Shown: one piece after another, positions 19,681 through 28,973 of the stretch
Layout: every line of letters begins with the position of its first letter
Numbering within the stretch: the first letter of the stretch is position 1
Position numbers and translations under genes: made by a program
Notes under the pieces: generated by a model
The model's database searches: none
What the model saw: only the letters and a program-made list of their open reading frames with translations
What the model was told of the DNA's origin: nothing
Assembly (NCBI GenBank): GCA_039024555.1
Contig: JBCCQQ010000006.1
Location: 94,351 to 158,350 of the forward strand
DNA length: 64,000 bases
Source of the DNA: Cyanobacteria bacterium P01_D01_bin.156
Lineage (GTDB): Bacteria > Cyanobacteriota > Cyanobacteriia > Phormidesmidales > Phormidesmidaceae
Direction: 5' to 3'

Positions 19681-22600
19681 ATGGGCCGTCGGAACTTTAA
19701 GTGGCAAAGAATTAAGAAGCATCCGCTTAATTACGTGATGTCAAGCGCGTTGCGTTGGCTACTGTTGCTTTCAAAAACCGCTAAAACATCAAGTGCAGGG
19801 TTTGTACTGCCCACTACGGTGCTTTTGCTACTGGTTGTGAGTTTAACGATGGGAGCATTGAGCTTCCGCTCTTTTAGTCGAGTTGAAAGAACTATCGCAA
19901 TTCGCGAGCAGAAAATTGTTGACTCTTTCGCTGCTCCTGCTATTGATAGGGCTAAAGCAAAACTAGAGTACCTATTTACCGAAGATGATCGAGTAGCTAG
20001 TAAGCGCCCGCCTTCTAGCAATGACCTGTTTGGTGCATTGACCAGTCAGACGGATAAAGGAGCTGGTATTGACCCATACACATTGCCAGATGAAACAGCT
20101 CTAGACATTACTGGCGACAATGTCCTTGATCCGGCTTGGGCATTCGATTCTAATGGCAATACCGTTATTTATTCCTTGCTAGTTGCCCACGAAAATGATG
20201 ATTCCAGTGGTACAACTGTCTCTTTATTTGATAATGATGCCAAAGCTAAGGCAGATGTATTAGTTACTCGGAACGCTCCAATCAATACAGCAGAAGCAAA
20301 TACTAACTGTCCAGTTTCTCGTTTAGCAGGTGATGGTTGGCAGGAAACAGCTGCCAATCTGCAAAAGAATTTTCAAGTTGACGTGCTCACCGTCACGGGT
20401 AATGGCACACCTAACAAGACGGTGAGCGCTGCTGAATATCAGCAGGTACGGAATTCACCAAAGGGTAATAAGTTTGGCGCATATTTCCGGTATGACCTAG
20501 ATATTTCTCCAGGTGATCCATTCCGGTGGAATGGATCAATGCATTCAGAATCTAATATTATTGCCGGACGGAATTTGCAGGCATACTTGGTTAGTTCTCC
20601 GGAATCCTGTATTTTTGCACCAGACAGTTCTGAAATTACCATCAGTGAATCTGATTTTAATGGTGATGAGACTATTGACTACAAAGGTAATCTGATTGCA
20701 GGTGTTGTTCGTGACAATGACTTTGATATCGATGGTGCGGTCAGATTTCATACTGATGTTGCGGTTGATGCTGGTAAGTCTCCTAATGCGAATGTAACTG
20801 TCACTGAAACTAATTTTGATCAAACTATAGATTCAGTTGATGAAGACGACGATTCTCAGAATTTAGATGATACCTATGCTGACCCGGTTAAAATTTTCAC
20901 AGAAGATATTACAGAACAGTTAGACGACAGTACATGGGACTTTGAGATTCCTATTGGTGATGCGAATAAAAACCTTTTAGGGGATCGTGTTCTTAATAAG
21001 GAGGATACAGACCTGCGTCCGTTTTTGGATGATGGTTTCAGAGCAGATAATCGCTATGGGCCGAAGCCTCGTTACAACGCTGCAAGAGATCTGGATGGTC
21101 AGCTTATTGGAACTTCCATACCCACAACTGATACTGAGTTAGTCGGGTTCGACAAGGCTGCGGGTGAGTATGGTTTGGATGGTTATTGGGAACGGCGTTC
21201 TATTGCAGAGGGTTTGAGAATTATTGTTGGTCAGCGGCTGGAACTTGGTAACGCATTTGGTTGGGAAGAAGATAGTAATTTGACTGATGATGACGATAAG
21301 GAGTCGCTATATCCTCCTTATGAAATTGAAGAGTTAACTCGAATCAGTGATAACAAGCGTCTGAAAGGACCTTCTGAAGCTAGGCACCAAATAAGTTTAA
21401 GAGACAACCTTGCTGCTGTTCAGGGAATGGTGGTTTATCACTACTCCATAGACGACGGTGAAGTGCCGTATATGTGCATGGCCTCAACTGTGCATCCAGG
21501 AACTCAAGCATCCCTGGCTAATAGCCGTACCTTTGGAACGTATGCAAGTACAGGTGCTAAACGTATTGACTTTTTAACCGGTAATGGAACTAACGGTTGG
21601 GAATTTGATTTTCAAGGTAAGTATGCGGATGCTAGTGCCTTTGCAGCGGCTGTTCAGTCAGGTCAACCGTTGGGTAAAGCCTTACGTAACCTCGCGCACT
21701 TTGCCGGAGATCCCTACGGTGGTGCTCCTTCGTTTACTCCTGTGCAGGGTATTAGTACAACTGCAGCCGGTAATTCGATAAATCCTGACGATAATTTTGT
21801 TCACCCCTATCCCTATCTATCTATGTGGGGTGATTTTTCAGTGCTGCGACGTATTTTGTTTAGTACACCAAACGCTACAACTGCGGCTGAAACTGATTTA
21901 GTCGGCTCAACGGTTGCTTACGATGCATTGAGCCCTGCAGATAAAGCATCTCTACATTCGGCGGCTTGTACCCTTGGAATGTTGGCTTCTAATCTAGAAA
22001 CTTTGGAAGCTGAGTATGATTCAATTCGGAACGATACAACAGATGTTGGTGGTGGTGAAACAGTTATTGATAAAATAGCTTCAGCTCTAAGTGCTGTCTC
22101 TGGCTTACCAACAGAATCTAAGGATTGGATAGCCGGTTTACCTGCTGGATTTGCATATCTAGAGGAGGCCGAAAACCTGGCGCGTTATCTGCAAGTTCTT
22201 AGGGATAGAGCAAATGGTTTTGAATTTGCATCTGCAGATACGTGTGTAGCGGCGGACTTTCCTGGTTTAACCAATTCAGCTGATGCGTCAAGCATTATCA
22301 ACGCATTTTGTTCGACGACGCAGCCGGCCTACTATCCATCTCTCTACTATCTATTTCCGCTAGTTGCTCATAACCAGGATGGTGCGGGAACTCAGGCAAG
22401 TGAATATATCACCGAGGGTGGAGCTTCTGATAAGTACGTTTTTGATAGTGGAACAAATGTTGGCGTCAACGACGATGTAACCTATCAGGTGCTTGATACA
22501 ACAACGCCTGCCAACCTAGGCGGCTTGGCGCTTACACCTTTAACCGTTGGGACTTTTAAGCAGCCCACTGCTTCTGGGAGTGATTTGGTAGCCCCCAATG

Positions 22601-24339
22601 TCCTTGATGATGTTGGTAATGCGACTCCTCCGAGTGACACTGATGTTCGCGCCAGTCTTACACAAAGTGAGATTGTGGATGGCTCTACTGTTTACGAGCT
22701 TGCTTTTCTAGACAAAGCCATGCTGGATGGTCGTCAGCTAATTAATGCTAGGGTTCTAGACTTGGATATCGGTAAGCTGACCTCTGATACACCGTCTGTG
22801 TTCGGTACGGACACCAATGGTAATGCAGTTACCTGGATTCCTGAGGAAGAAGGTCTTGTCTATGCCGCTCGCGAAGACGCGGTTCGGGAGGATAGTATAG
22901 TTCGGCCTCGACGAGAAACCTGGGCTAACTGCAAAGCCTTTACTAGTTTAGTAACTGGCAACTGTGTGATGAAAATTGATCCAACCCAACCCAATCAGGT
23001 TGGCACGTTTGATCCACCATTAAATGCCGGTGATTCATCAGTAAGTCCATCTGTACCGGCTAATTCCATTAGTCCCAAGCCTGTGGATATGTATCCCGAT
23101 CCGGATCGGCGTCCCTATGGTTTCAGACTCTTTAATGGCTACAACTTAAATCGTTCGAATGATGAACAGGCTGCAGGTATTTCTTTTATCACAGATAACC
23201 CGGCCTATATCTATGGCGATTTTAATCTGCATCAAGATAAATCCGATATCAAGAATCCCTTGACTGATACCCCGAATGTGATTGAAGAGTTTGTCAACGG
23301 CGATGGTCATAATGCTGAGCTTTTGGGGACTCAGTTTGCGTCTTTTACTGCGGCGGAAGAAGCTAATGCCAAAAAACTGTTCTACAGTCGTAAAAACATA
23401 AACGAGGACTTTGCCAGTGGTGCGGGTGATTCTTGGCGGCCCTCTGAAATTTTTGCTGATGCGATTACTATTCTTTCCACTAATTTTAGGGATGGTTGGG
23501 TAGAAGATGCCTATGTTTACGATTTTGGAACTGCCGTCGGAAATCCCCGAGTGGCGTCTTCCTATCTGAACTACAACCGTATCCACCTAGAGGATACGGC
23601 TAAGACTGTTACCGCTGATGGTATTGTTCTTGCTCGTGATCGTTTGCTGCGTGAGGATAATGAAACTACTGATCAGTGTGGTACTGCTAATGGTGGCGAC
23701 TGTGATTTGCCCATTCTATTTAATCGCAACGGTATTCCTAAAAAGTGGAGGAATAATCCCCATTCCTCCGGTGCGCCATGTTTAGCAGGTTTTCGAGACT
23801 ATCCAAACTGTCATAATGATGACTTTACCGACAATTTCGACGATGCTGGCGGCAACATAGACAACATAAAAGTTGAACGCTATAAAGATCAGGTGGAACC
23901 ACTGGCTAACGCTCGTGTTAATGCCTTGTTGGTGGCTGGTATTGTGCCAATGCGTCAGAATCAAACCTATGGCGGTATTCAGAATTTCCCAAGGCTTTTG
24001 GAGGAGTGGGAGGATAAAAACCTAATTATTTCGGGCGGGTTCTTCCAGTTAAACTTCAGCACGCAAGCGACGGCTCCACAGGATCAAGATGCCTTGGAAC
24101 CTGGAGCTACGCCTGTTTCAGGAGTTAACAGAAACCTCTTCTATAACGCGGCAAAGCGTATTTGGGGTTATGACGTTGCGTTCCAGTACACTAGCGTAGC
24201 TCCCGTTGCTCAACGATTTGTTTCAGTGGGTCGTCCCCGAAGTGAGTTCTATCGAGAGCTTCCCCTAGGTGATGCCTACATTCAGAATCTATGTAATGCA
24301 AGAGATTCTGGCAATACTCCTGTTATTTCTTGTGATTAG
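19681..24339 (+). CDS. hpsA: Hormogonium polysaccharide/motility protein HpsA (large PilX-like protein)
   Basis: Prepilin-like AGFVLPTT, PAIDRAKAKLE, LDGYWERR, GLRIIVGQRLELG, DPDRRPYGFRL, NFPRLLE, WGYDVA; heads a minor-pilin operon. Confidence 0.92.
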   Translation: MGRRNFKWQRIKKHPLNYVMSSALRWLLLLSKTAKTSSAGFVLPTTVLLLLVVSLTMGALSFRSFSRVERTIAIREQKIVDSFAAPAIDRAKAKLEYLFTEDDRVASKRPPSSNDLFGALTSQTDKGAGIDPYTLPDETALDITGDNVLDPAWAFDSNGNTVIYSLLVAHENDDSSGTTVSLFDNDAKAKADVLVTRNAPINTAEANTNCPVSRLAGDGWQETAANLQKNFQVDVLTVTGNGTPNKTVSAAEYQQVRNSPKGNKFGAYFRYDLDISPGDPFRWNGSMHSESNIIAGRNLQAYLVSSPESCIFAPDSSEITISESDFNGDETIDYKGNLIAGVVRDNDFDIDGAVRFHTDVAVDAGKSPNANVTVTETNFDQTIDSVDEDDDSQNLDDTYADPVKIFTEDITEQLDDSTWDFEIPIGDANKNLLGDRVLNKEDTDLRPFLDDGFRADNRYGPKPRYNAARDLDGQLIGTSIPTTDTELVGFDKAAGEYGLDGYWERRSIAEGLRIIVGQRLELGNAFGWEEDSNLTDDDDKESLYPPYEIEELTRISDNKRLKGPSEARHQISLRDNLAAVQGMVVYHYSIDDGEVPYMCMASTVHPGTQASLANSRTFGTYASTGAKRIDFLTGNGTNGWEFDFQGKYADASAFAAAVQSGQPLGKALRNLAHFAGDPYGGAPSFTPVQGISTTAAGNSINPDDNFVHPYPYLSMWGDFSVLRRILFSTPNATTAAETDLVGSTVAYDALSPADKASLHSAACTLGMLASNLETLEAEYDSIRNDTTDVGGGETVIDKIASALSAVSGLPTESKDWIAGLPAGFAYLEEAENLARYLQVLRDRANGFEFASADTCVAADFPGLTNSADASSIINAFCSTTQPAYYPSLYYLFPLVAHNQDGAGTQASEYITEGGASDKYVFDSGTNVGVNDDVTYQVLDTTTPANLGGLALTPLTVGTFKQPTASGSDLVAPNVLDDVGNATPPSDTDVRASLTQSEIVDGSTVYELAFLDKAMLDGRQLINARVLDLDIGKLTSDTPSVFGTDTNGNAVTWIPEEEGLVYAAREDAVREDSIVRPRRETWANCKAFTSLVTGNCVMKIDPTQPNQVGTFDPPLNAGDSSVSPSVPANSISPKPVDMYPDPDRRPYGFRLFNGYNLNRSNDEQAAGISFITDNPAYIYGDFNLHQDKSDIKNPLTDTPNVIEEFVNGDGHNAELLGTQFASFTAAEEANAKKLFYSRKNINEDFASGAGDSWRPSEIFADAITILSTNFRDGWVEDAYVYDFGTAVGNPRVASSYLNYNRIHLEDTAKTVTADGIVLARDRLLREDNETTDQCGTANGGDCDLPILFNRNGIPKKWRNNPHSSGAPCLAGFRDYPNCHNDDFTDNFDDAGGNIDNIKVERYKDQVEPLANARVNALLVAGIVPMRQNQTYGGIQNFPRLLEEWEDKNLIISGGFFQLNFSTQATAPQDQDALEPGATPVSGVNRNLFYNAAKRIWGYDVAFQYTSVAPVAQRFVSVGRPRSEFYRELPLGDAYIQNLCNARDSGNTPVISCD

Positions 24340-24340
24340 T

Positions 24341-25072
24341 ATGGACTGGTCAATAATCTTCAAAACTTGGTTTAGATGCAAACTCAACCGACTTGGAGCT
24401 AACACAGCCTCTCCCATCGGTGATTCTAATACTGATGGATTAACGTTGATTGAGTGTTTAGTGGCCATCGCAGTCATTGGTATATCCATGGCTGTCACGG
24501 CACCTATGATTGTTTTATCGGTGGCTACACGAACCCAAACTCAACGAGCTGATCAAGCGTTGCAGATTGCTCAGGCAGAGATTGATCGTGTCAGATTTAC
24601 CGTTATTAACAATGACACTTATACGGTTTCGGCAGCAACGGTGACAGCTAACAGTACTGCAAACTTTGATACTGTAGTTGAGCCTCCCGAGAATATCAGT
24701 ACCAACTATTCAACAACATCAGATTCGCCTGACGCCAAAGGAGTTGATATTGATGGAGATGGTAATGCAGACTACGCAGCCCAGATATTTAGGACTGTGG
24801 GTAGTACTGTTGGCACGACTCCTGTGGCGTTTAATCTTGGTGTTAGGGTCTATGATGCTGCCGCTGTAAATAGTAGATCAAAAGATGATTTGGGTGTAGA
24901 GACAGCGAGGCTTGGTTTGACGAGTGGTCGTGGGGATGGGTATGTAAGACCGCTGGCTGTTCTGTACACTACTGTGATTAAGAGCGACACAGCTAGCTCA
25001 CTCTGTGACTATAACAACTTTATCAACAGTGTGAATGGGACCTCGATTTCAGCTCCTTCCCAGTGCAACTAA
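24341..25072 (+). CDS. hpsB: Type IV minor pilin/pseudopilin, HpsB-like
   Basis: G|LTLIECLVAI N-methylation motif, DIDGDG motif. Start moved to ATG 24341; name from gene order. Confidence 0.8.
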   Translation: MDWSIIFKTWFRCKLNRLGANTASPIGDSNTDGLTLIECLVAIAVIGISMAVTAPMIVLSVATRTQTQRADQALQIAQAEIDRVRFTVINNDTYTVSAATVTANSTANFDTVVEPPENISTNYSTTSDSPDAKGVDIDGDGNADYAAQIFRTVGSTVGTTPVAFNLGVRVYDAAAVNSRSKDDLGVETARLGLTSGRGDGYVRPLAVLYTTVIKSDTASSLCDYNNFINSVNGTSISAPSQCN

Positions 25073-25102
25073 CTACTATGGTTCTCCGTAACGACTTGAT
25101 AT

Positions 25103-26095
25103 ATGGCTAATTCTTCAAGATCACTTCTATTGCTCCATGCCTTACGAGAGGCAAAGCAGCAAAAGTCTGCGGCCAATCAAGGGTTTACACTGATTGAGAT
25201 TTTAATCTCGTTATTTATTGCTGGCATTGTTGTGTCGGGTCTTCTGTTTATTGTTGTGGAGCTGCTCCGAGTTGATCAGCGTGAGGTCGTTTTAGACCAA
25301 GTGCAAAGTGATATGCAGCGGTCCATAGACTACATTGCCGATGACCTTAAAGAGGCCATTTACGTCTACAGTAATCCTACAGACGTTACAGACCAGCTGA
25401 TTAACTTAAACAATGACATAACCACTAATAGCGGAGTGCCTGTTTTAGCCTTTTGGCGAACTGATCCAATCGATGCTACTGACATCGCCTCCCTGCCAAC
25501 GGGAAGTGAGCCAGATGGTTGTCCTACGAATGACTTGACTTGTGCTGTGCTCAAGCGTCGCAGAGCTACCTATACCTTGGTTGCTTATTACCAAACAGCT
25601 CAATATGGTGTTTGGGAAGGCAATACATTGAAACGCTACGAGTTAGATCACTATAAGGATCTGGCAACTTATAGTGTCAGTGGAGGCTTTGCAGAGCCAT
25701 TTAATTCGTCAGGGGCTGCTAATGATTTTGCAGGATGGAGCGCAGCCAGTACCACTGAGGATGATGGCACTCGTTCAGTTTTAGTTGATTATGTAGCAGA
25801 TATAAAAAACACAACAAACGATGGTTCTGAGCCAGTCTTAGACTGTGAAACATTCACTGGAGACCCTAGCCACGTACTTTCTCCAGTAGATGCTACTGAG
25901 AATACAGGCTTTTTTGCATGCATAAGACCTACGGATGCAACAAGTGGTTTTAGAACAAACCAGGATGTGTTTCTTTTCTTGAGGGGAGATGCAACGCCCG
26001 CAAGTCAATTTCTTCAGCCGGCTAGTGAAGGTAGTCGACTACCGATTTTACAGACTCAAGTTAAGCTGGGCGGTGTAATCGATCGAGATGATTAG
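25103..26095 (+). CDS. hpsC: Type IV minor pilin/pseudopilin, HpsC-like
   Basis: G|FTLIEILISL, DYIADDLKEAIYVY, PVLAFW, NQDVFLFLRG. Confidence 0.82.
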   Translation: MANSSRSLLLLHALREAKQQKSAANQGFTLIEILISLFIAGIVVSGLLFIVVELLRVDQREVVLDQVQSDMQRSIDYIADDLKEAIYVYSNPTDVTDQLINLNNDITTNSGVPVLAFWRTDPIDATDIASLPTGSEPDGCPTNDLTCAVLKRRRATYTLVAYYQTAQYGVWEGNTLKRYELDHYKDLATYSVSGGFAEPFNSSGAANDFAGWSAASTTEDDGTRSVLVDYVADIKNTTNDGSEPVLDCETFTGDPSHVLSPVDATENTGFFACIRPTDATSGFRTNQDVFLFLRGDATPASQFLQPASEGSRLPILQTQVKLGGVIDRDD

Positions 26096-26118
26096 TAATA
26101 AGTTTTAGCTGTATAGGC

Positions 26119-26679
26119 GTGGAAAAGTTAAAAATGGCAAAAAAAAGACTATTTAAGTCTGCTTCGAGTACATCTGGCTTTTCTTTGCTAGAGGCGTTAG
26201 TAGTGGTGGCGCTTGTTGGTATCATATCCGCATTTGCGGGACCAGGGTGGTTAACCTATTTAAACCGTCGACAAGTGAGTAGTGCTCGTACGGACTTACT
26301 TCAGGCACTACGACAGGCCCAAACGGATGCACGTCAGCAGAACTCCTCTAGGGTGGTGAATATTGTTTCGACCACCAATCCTCCACAAATACAGATAGGT
26401 TCTACAGCTGGTAGTGGTCGAGTAGTTGATTTGGGGGAGGAAAATGCGGCGGCTTCTTTATCGGTAAATGGTGGTTCTTTAGCAGGTGGTGCAGCTTCCT
26501 CCGTTACATTTGACTATAAAGGAACATTGGATGATGATGTTGTTCCCTTTGTCTTTAGTGTAACTAGCGATAAGCTTAACGATGGTGGAGTGCGCTGTGT
26601 TGTCGTTACCACTCTTTTAGGTAATCTGATTCAGGCCGAGGGCGATAATTGCAACAACCTTGCAGGTTATGAGAATTAG
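26119..26679 (+). CDS. Type IV minor pilin (FimT/HpsD-like)
   Basis: G|FSLLEALVV, FDYKG, RCVVVTTLLG...C. Confidence 0.85.
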   Translation: MEKLKMAKKRLFKSASSTSGFSLLEALVVVALVGIISAFAGPGWLTYLNRRQVSSARTDLLQALRQAQTDARQQNSSRVVNIVSTTNPPQIQIGSTAGSGRVVDLGEENAAASLSVNGGSLAGGAASSVTFDYKGTLDDDVVPFVFSVTSDKLNDGGVRCVVVTTLLGNLIQAEGDNCNNLAGYEN

Positions 26680-26722
26680 GCAATTGACTGAAATAGTTTT
26701 GTTTGTCAGTCAATTGCTTTTT
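26680..26722 (+). terminator. Intrinsic terminator after hpsA-D
   Basis: GCAATTGACTGA/TCAGTCAATTGC stem followed by TTTTT. Confidence 0.75.
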
Positions 26723-26804
26723 GAGTGTTCCAAGTAGCTTAAAGTGTGAGTTTTTTCTCTCCCTTGGCAACCCTTGAAGTAGCTTGGTTTATGGCTATCG
26801 GGGT

Positions 26805-27353
26805 ATGTCTAGAAAGCTGTTTTTAGTTGACAATAGAGAATCTGCTCGATCGGGGTTTTCACTTATAGAGATTTTGGTTGTAGTAACTATAGTCGGTTTC
26901 TTAGCATCTATGGTATTACCTGCCTGGGGTAAAGCTTTAGCACGATGGCAGGTTTTCAACGCACGTCAACAACTAGTATTAGCCATTCGTAAGACACAGA
27001 CGAACGCTCAGCGTAATCACACTAACTGGCAATTTAGTATTTATGAGGTATCGTCTGGACATGTGCAATGGGCCAGTCATCCACAAAATGAAGTGCCTAC
27101 TTTATGGACAGTAGCAGGTAATCATTTGATAGATATTGATTTAGCGGATACGACTCTCGATAGTAAAAGTGGAATTTACTATATCCGTTTTGATTACAAG
27201 GGAAACTTAGCTTCTCGGACCCGGACATTAACACTAACGCATCAAAATTCTTCAAGTATTAAGCGATGCTTGATTATGTCCACCATACTAGGAAAAATCC
27301 GTTTAGCCGACGAGCGGGAAAAACTTAGTTCGTCTGGACGGTTGTGTTATTGA
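26805..27353 (+). CDS. Type IV minor pilin (FimT-like)
   Basis: G|FSLIEILVV, RFDYKGN, KRCLIMSTILG, terminal CY; start uncertain. Confidence 0.85.
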   Translation: MSRKLFLVDNRESARSGFSLIEILVVVTIVGFLASMVLPAWGKALARWQVFNARQQLVLAIRKTQTNAQRNHTNWQFSIYEVSSGHVQWASHPQNEVPTLWTVAGNHLIDIDLADTTLDSKSGIYYIRFDYKGNLASRTRTLTLTHQNSSSIKRCLIMSTILGKIRLADEREKLSSSGRLCY

Positions 27354-27381
27354 AGTTCTATGAGTTTGAACTTGTTGATTC

Positions 27382-28014
27382 ATGGACCAACTAACTGACA
27401 TCGACAATTTTATTTTTGATTTAGGCGGTGTGATTGTTAACCTCGATTATGGGCTGACAATTCAGGCATTTAGTGAGCTAGTGGGCTATGACATCACACG
27501 GCAGTATAGTCAGCAAAGCCAGGCGGATATTTTTTCTCAGTTTGAAGTAGGTAGTATTTCTGCGACCGAATTTCGTCAAGGCTTAATGGACTTGTTAAAG
27601 TTTGAGGCCAGTGATGATGCGATTAATCATGCTTGGAGTGCATTGATTCTGGATTTTCTGCCGGAGCGGGTGGCCTTAGTAAGGCAGCTGGCCCAGCGGA
27701 AGCGAATATTTTTACTGTCTAATATTAATGAACTGCATTTAGCGACTAGCGATCTCAAATTTACTGAAGCTATGGGCACAGGTACCCTAGCAGATCAGTT
27801 TGAGCGGGCCTATTACTCTCATTTAGTGGGCGATCGCAAACCAAACACCAGCATTTTTCAAAGGGTCATTAATGAGAATAATCTGGATCCAGCAAAAACC
27901 TTATTTTTAGACGATACTGCTCACAATTTAGTAGGTGCACAGCAAGTAGGGTTACAAACGCTACTTGTGACTCAAGAAAACCCGATTGAAAGCTTGAATC
28001 TGTTGGGTATGTAA
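27382..28014 (+). CDS. HAD family phosphatase (YihX-like)
   Basis: FDLGGV motif I, LSN motif II, RKP, FLDD. Confidence 0.92.
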   Translation: MDQLTDIDNFIFDLGGVIVNLDYGLTIQAFSELVGYDITRQYSQQSQADIFSQFEVGSISATEFRQGLMDLLKFEASDDAINHAWSALILDFLPERVALVRQLAQRKRIFLLSNINELHLATSDLKFTEAMGTGTLADQFERAYYSHLVGDRKPNTSIFQRVINENNLDPAKTLFLDDTAHNLVGAQQVGLQTLLVTQENPIESLNLLGM

Positions 28015-28085
28015 GCGATTCCTAACGTATTAGAGAACAGAGGGAAGTATAGAATAGTTAATGGCCCTTTTGTTATCACGATCGA

Positions 28086-28898
28086 ATGAGCTATCTAGAT
28101 TTTGCCCTGTTTGCCCTGCTTGGCATTGGTACTGGCACCATGGCTGGCATGCTTGGCATCGGCGGGGGCATGATCATAGTACCGGGTCTATTTTATCTAT
28201 TTTCATTGATGGACCTGCCCAGCTACACTTTGATGCATCTAGCAGCAGGTAGTGCCATGTGCATCATGATTTTTACCTCTGCCTCGTCTACGTTTTCCCA
28301 TCACATGCGGGGAGATGTACAGTGGGACATCTTTGGCCGCGTTATTGCTGCCATTGGTGTGGGTGTCGTTTTGGGTAACTTACTCTCTAATCATTTAGAT
28401 ACCCATTGGTTAGAGATTATTTTTGGTGCGTTTCTTTTGTTTGTGTCGATCAAAATCCTATTGGATTGGAAACCGGCATTTGAAGAAACGTCTTTACCAC
28501 CTTTGTGGGTAACCGCCTTGATTGGTACTCTCATAGGTTTTAAGTCCGGTATTCTCGGCATTGGTGGTGGGGCCATTAGTGTGCCGTTCTTGTTATATTG
28601 CGGTTTACCCATGAGCAAGGCCAGCGGCACCTCGGCATCGTTTACACTGCCCATTGCCATAGTTGGCACCCTATCATTTCTCCTCTTTTCGCAGGGGTAT
28701 ACCGATATTGAATGGGCCACTGGCTATATTTACTGGCCAGCAGTAGCTTTGGTTGCTCCCTTTACCGTTATTGGCGCACCTATTGGCACCAAGCTCTCCC
28801 ATGTGATTTCTCCCCAGCAGCTGCGACGTATTTTTGGTTGGTTGCTGGTGGTGATTGGGTTACGTATGTTTGGTGGTGGTATTCAGTTTTTCGCCTAA
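28086..28898 (+). CDS. Sulfite exporter TauE/SafE family protein
   Basis: GMLGIGGGMIIVP and repeated GILGIGGGAISVP; polytopic membrane protein. Confidence 0.92.
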   Translation: MSYLDFALFALLGIGTGTMAGMLGIGGGMIIVPGLFYLFSLMDLPSYTLMHLAAGSAMCIMIFTSASSTFSHHMRGDVQWDIFGRVIAAIGVGVVLGNLLSNHLDTHWLEIIFGAFLLFVSIKILLDWKPAFEETSLPPLWVTALIGTLIGFKSGILGIGGGAISVPFLLYCGLPMSKASGTSASFTLPIAIVGTLSFLLFSQGYTDIEWATGYIYWPAVALVAPFTVIGAPIGTKLSHVISPQQLRRIFGWLLVVIGLRMFGGGIQFFA

Positions 28899-28914
28899 AT
28901 TTTCGGTCTAAACT

Positions 28915-28946
28915 TCATGGGGATGTTGCATGCAACATCCCCATGA
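28915..28946. repeat. Perfect 32-bp palindrome (REP-like) between convergent genes
   Basis: TCATGGGGATGTTGCATGCAACATCCCCATGA, no loop. Confidence 0.75.
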
Positions 28947-28973
28947 GAAACAGATTATCTAACCTTGTATCTA

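Noticed and set aside
27382..28898. HAD and TauE as part of the sulfation system
   Set aside because: Only proximity supports it; both are common standalone genes and HIP1 sites resume here.
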